Under the pieces are notes generated by a model. It was not told the DNA's origin, did no database searches, and saw only the letters and a list, made by a program, of their open reading frames with translations. Position numbers and translations under genes: made by a program. Below are positions 42,001 through 43,848 of a stretch of DNA of 43,848 nt, piece after piece. Every line of letters starts with the position of its first letter. The stretch's first letter is position 1. The stretch spans positions 1 through 43,848 of the forward strand of contig CAIXPV010000070.1 of assembly GCA_903921405.1 (NCBI GenBank), in the 5' to 3' direction. This DNA is from an uncultured Actinomycetes bacterium (GTDB lineage: Bacteria; Actinomycetota; Actinomycetes; Nanopelagicales; Nanopelagicaceae).

Positions 42001-42284
42001 AGCAGGCGACATAGCGAGCGCCATCCTCCATCACTGTGAGCCAATAAAGTAATACGGTTTTTATCGCCACCTATATCAATACCGAGATTGACTCCGATAA
42101 TCGGTGCGATACCAAACTGAACACAGCTCTGCGCAAAGCGAACGGCCCCTGCCAAGCCATCACGATCGGTGAGCGCTAGTGCAGGCATTTCAAACTCTGC
42201 AGCACGAGCTACTAGATCACTTGGTTGGGTCGTGCCGTATTTGAGTGAATACGCACTTGCAACGTTGAGGTGTATAAAACTCAT
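39057..42284 (-). CDS. dnaE2: Error-prone DNA polymerase III alpha paralogue (start re-called to ATG 42284)
   Basis: RGSGAGS, PDIDID, PRHLAMHPC, KLDVLG, FQIESPGQ, FGFCKAHAAAF; degenerate PHP (HLNVASAYS); ATGA overlaps on both sides. Confidence 0.94.
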   Translation of the reverse strand: MSFIHLNVASAYSLKYGTTQPSDLVARAAEFEMPALALTDRDGLAGAVRFAQSCVQFGIAPIIGVNLGIDIGGDKNRITLLAHSDGGWRSLCRLLTSLTMVADNRNPVLTLEFLQRFSHYSSNLYALHGPESPVGRLLTDNHIDAAFTTFNITRDLFAGNAIECISHLAAGRGPRSTSQAAKSLIFARDHDIDAVITNAVRMRDRTDGPVADVLDCARQLVPLHPRHVERSNAEGFLKSGDEMIALAAEIARAAGERTPRELLATTRAWAERALLSPARDIGLGGAHLPEPHVVGAESAHQMRTLLRTRSEAGINWRYSDSKSIKQARMRLDDELATVATLGFESYFLTVADICDMARNAGIRVAARGSGAGSLICHLLGISGVEPMQHGLLMERFCSPLRRALPDIDIDVESHRRLEIYDMVFKRYGDTNWDSSNNQSRCATVAMVDTYRARHAIRDAGAALGLPAMEIDLLAKSMPHVRARNISSALENLPELKSLNISAPLTAMTIALAERLDGLPRHLAMHPCAIVLSDGGLLDRTPLMASASGYPMVVFDKDDVEAIGLLKLDVLGVRMQSAISYALTEIERAQDTKVDIDTVPLDDSATYELIQSTRTLGMFQIESPGQRELVGKLEPKTFTDLIIDISLFRPGPVKGDMITPFLKARHGWSPAQVIHPDLHEILRDTEGVVVFHEQVIEIIAQMTGASLASADEKRRALGDKVGQQEVCDWFFPTATAQGYELAVITKIWDLLRAFASFGFCKAHAAAFALPTYQSAWLKTHYPAAFLAGVLTHDPGMYPKRLIVDEVRHMGIAIAPLDINESDSLYRVEERGAAIRIALSTIAKISDGEVTSIIAGRPYVDLADFVHRSGSSAPVTESAILTGAFDRLHTDVNRRDLLLHFSDLQRSAGKAISGAQMNLAFPAPALISSGLPDMNSAEIVRHEIERLGIDMSAHLIEFYSDFLNAIGAVRSSQLLAQRSNSSVLVAGIKVALQTPPVRSGKRVIFLTLDDGYGCSDSAFFTDVQGDYASTLYSTSLLLVRGQTRRTGARGISIRGTGAWDLRAAYESWRAKESTLAI

Positions 42285-42562
42285 ACCGATCTGATAATCC
42301 ACTGACCGCTGAGTTCGTCGCGTTCGAGTTCAAATGTTGTGAGCGATCCAATGGGTGCGGCCTCTACACGCCAGACTGCACGTGCCTGATCATCGGGGCG
42401 ATACTTGCCATCGCTAATGCGATTCCACCATCCCCCGGCTTCACACCATCTCGATAAAACTGCATGGATGCGAAAGCGTCGGCCTTTGAAAGTAAATTCA
42501 ATCGGCGTTGTAGCCCCATCGATAGTTACATCATGTGCGGGATTAATCTGAGGGACTGACAT
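42281..42562 (-). CDS. Small DUF6504-like / ImuB C-terminal-like protein (93 aa; start re-called to ATG 42562)
   Basis: P.EF.FKGRRF.I..V..RW...GGWW...RAVWRVE...FEL.RD..SGQW pattern; SD AAGGAGG; translationally coupled to dnaE2. Confidence 0.8.
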   Translation of the reverse strand: MSVPQINPAHDVTIDGATTPIEFTFKGRRFRIHAVLSRWCEAGGWWNRISDGKYRPDDQARAVWRVEAAPIGSLTTFELERDELSGQWIIRSV

Positions 42563-42594
42563 CGCTAGCAAAGCCTCCTTCGGGCTGTGGATAT

Positions 42595-42610
42595 TCGAAC
42601 AGGTGTTCGA
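42595..42610. promoter_or_regulatory. LexA (SOS) box
   Basis: TCGAAC-AGGT-GTTCGA, exact match to the actinobacterial TCGAAC-N4-GTTCGA consensus, upstream of dnaE2/dinB. Confidence 0.93.
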
Positions 42611-42633
42611 AAAATAGCCCCAAGGACTGACAA
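42611..42633 (-). promoter_or_regulatory. RecA-independent (PafBC-type) DNA-damage promoter
   Basis: Minus strand tTGTCAG-N10-TATTTT matches tTGTCRG-N10-TA-N3-T and abuts the LexA box. Confidence 0.72.
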
Positions 42634-42723
42634 AAGGCAAGCTCGTGAGCGTGTCGAGATACGAAGTAGTTGAACTTTCAACTATCCTTCTCGTTGTATC
42701 CACCTACTCACCTAAGGAGCTCC

Positions 42724-43137
42724 ATGAACGCAGTACTAGTAATCGGCCGCATCCTATTTGCTCTGATCTTTATTAATTCGGGTCTCAGTCACCTCACAAA
42801 ACTTGAGGCAATGACTGGCTATGCCAAGTACAAGAAAGTTCCAGCTGCAAAACTCGGTGTCATCGTTTCGGGTCTGATGATCCTTGTAGGCGGCCTATAT
42901 ATCGTGTTTGGTGTCTATGCAGATCTAGGCGCACTTCTTATCGCTATCTTCTTGATCCCAACGGCTTTCTTGATGCACGCATTCTGGAAAGAGACTGATG
43001 CAACTGCAAAACAGAATGAAACTATCGGCTTCTTCAAAGATTTAGCTCTTGCCGGTGCAGCATTAATCATCTTCGCCCTAGTTGCTGCAGGTGCTGATTT
43101 TGGTCCAAGCATTACAGGTGCATTCTTTAGCCTCTAA
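42724..43137 (+). CDS. DoxX-family membrane protein (start re-called to ATG 42724)
   Basis: IGRIL...F..SG..H, MHAFWK, FFKDLALAG; SD AAGGAG. Confidence 0.88.
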   Translation: MNAVLVIGRILFALIFINSGLSHLTKLEAMTGYAKYKKVPAAKLGVIVSGLMILVGGLYIVFGVYADLGALLIAIFLIPTAFLMHAFWKETDATAKQNETIGFFKDLALAGAALIIFALVAAGADFGPSITGAFFSL

Positions 43138-43151
43138 GAAATACCGTGACT

Positions 43152-43186
43152 AACCCCCGTAGTTAATAACTGCGGGGGTTTGTTAC
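43152..43186 (+). terminator. Intrinsic terminator-like hairpin after DoxX gene
   Basis: AACCCCCGTAGTT-AAT-AACTGCGGGGGTT followed by TGTTA. Confidence 0.75.
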
Positions 43187-43201
43187 GCCATCATTGCGAC
43201 C

Positions 43202-43848
43202 ATGGAAATACTTGGAGCGCTCGCTAGCGGCGTCTTCATTGGCTCAGTTTTAGGATTCGTAGGCGCAGGCGGAGCAATGCTCTCAGTTCCGATTCTTATC
43301 TATTTTTTTGATTACTCCGCTATCAACGCAACTACTGCGTCGATAGCAGTTGTGATAGCTGCTGCAACTTCAGGCCTGATTCCTAAGTTCAAGAGCAAAG
43401 ATGTTCTTATTAAAGAGGCTATTACTATCAGTGCTATTGGTGCAGTCGCAAATGTTGGATTCTCAACTAACGTGCATAAATTTAATGATCAATTCATTAA
43501 ATCTGGCTTTGCTCTTGTGCTGATTGTTGCCGCAACTTTAATGCTCGTTAAGCCAGTAGTTGGAAGTGAAAGAAAAGTTCCATTTCTCTGGCTATTTATA
43601 ACCTCAATCATTATCGGCACCATGACTGGTTTATTTGGCATAGGTGGAGGTTTTCTAGCGATTCCGATTCTTGTCCTCTTCTTTAAGAATTCGCCGGCAA
43701 AAGCGGCAGGAACATCGCTTCTGATTATCGTACTTAACTTCACCATTGCCTTTATTTCCCGTCATGCAATATGGAGCCAAGTAAATTGGAAAATTCCAAT
43801 AGTCATGGCGCTTTCTGCTGTTGTTATAGCCCGACTAGCTTCGATGAA
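43202..43848 (+). CDS. Sulfite exporter TauE/SafE (TSUP) family transporter (partial; runs off window)
   Basis: Not in ORF track; manual translation MEILGALASGVFIGSVLGFVGAGGAMLSVPIL...GTMTGLFGIGGGFLAIPIL shows the duplicated Gly-rich TSUP motif. Confidence 0.88.
   Translation, partial: MEILGALASGVFIGSVLGFVGAGGAMLSVPILIYFFDYSAINATTASIAVVIAAATSGLIPKFKSKDVLIKEAITISAIGAVANVGFSTNVHKFNDQFIKSGFALVLIVAATLMLVKPVVGSERKVPFLWLFITSIIIGTMTGLFGIGGGFLAIPILVLFFKNSPAKAAGTSLLIIVLNFTIAFISRHAIWSQVNWKIPIVMALSAVVIARLASM

Noticed and set aside
42651-42656. CGACAC (WhiA-like) upstream of the SOS operon
   Set aside because: Six-base match expected by chance; no supporting context
42563-42723. Upstream extensions of ORFs 42281..42703 and 42670..43137
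   Set aside because: They run through the divergent promoter and LexA box; good SD-ATG starts exist at 42562 and 42724
43489-43746. 85-aa minus-strand ORF
   Set aside because: Antisense to the TauE/SafE gene that runs off the window

Overview
Gene-dense core-chromosome segment of a streamlined, lower-GC actinobacterium. Gene order, T-box type, LexA box, tiny intergenic spaces and many ATGA/TAATG overlaps fit freshwater acI / Ca. Nanopelagicales, but this placement is an inference. Read in transcription direction on the minus strand: a DNA-damage cassette (93-aa DUF6504/ImuB-C-like protein, dnaE2, dinB) behind a perfect LexA box and a PafBC/RecA-independent-type promoter; DUF3040; the dcw cluster (mraZ, mraW RNA motif, rsmH, ftsL, ftsI, murE, murF, frameshifted mraY, murD, ftsW, murG, murC, ftsQ, ftsZ, pgeF, yggS, sepF, yggT; no divIVA); a histone-like/DksA fusion, lspA, rluD, dnaE1; hisD-C-B-H-priA-F-I, trpE, a mini membrane protein, trpC-B-A; a MauE-like/DsbA-like pair and lgt. 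On the plus strand: ileS with a translational Ile T-box, a DoxX gene and a partial TauE/SafE transporter. The best leads are (1) an imuA/imuB-less, split mutasome-like operon with dual promoter control and (2) complementarity between the conserved loop of the mraW RNA motif and the mraZ ribosome-binding region. No mobile element, CRISPR array, rRNA or tRNA was seen. All family calls come from motif recognition by eye, not database searches.
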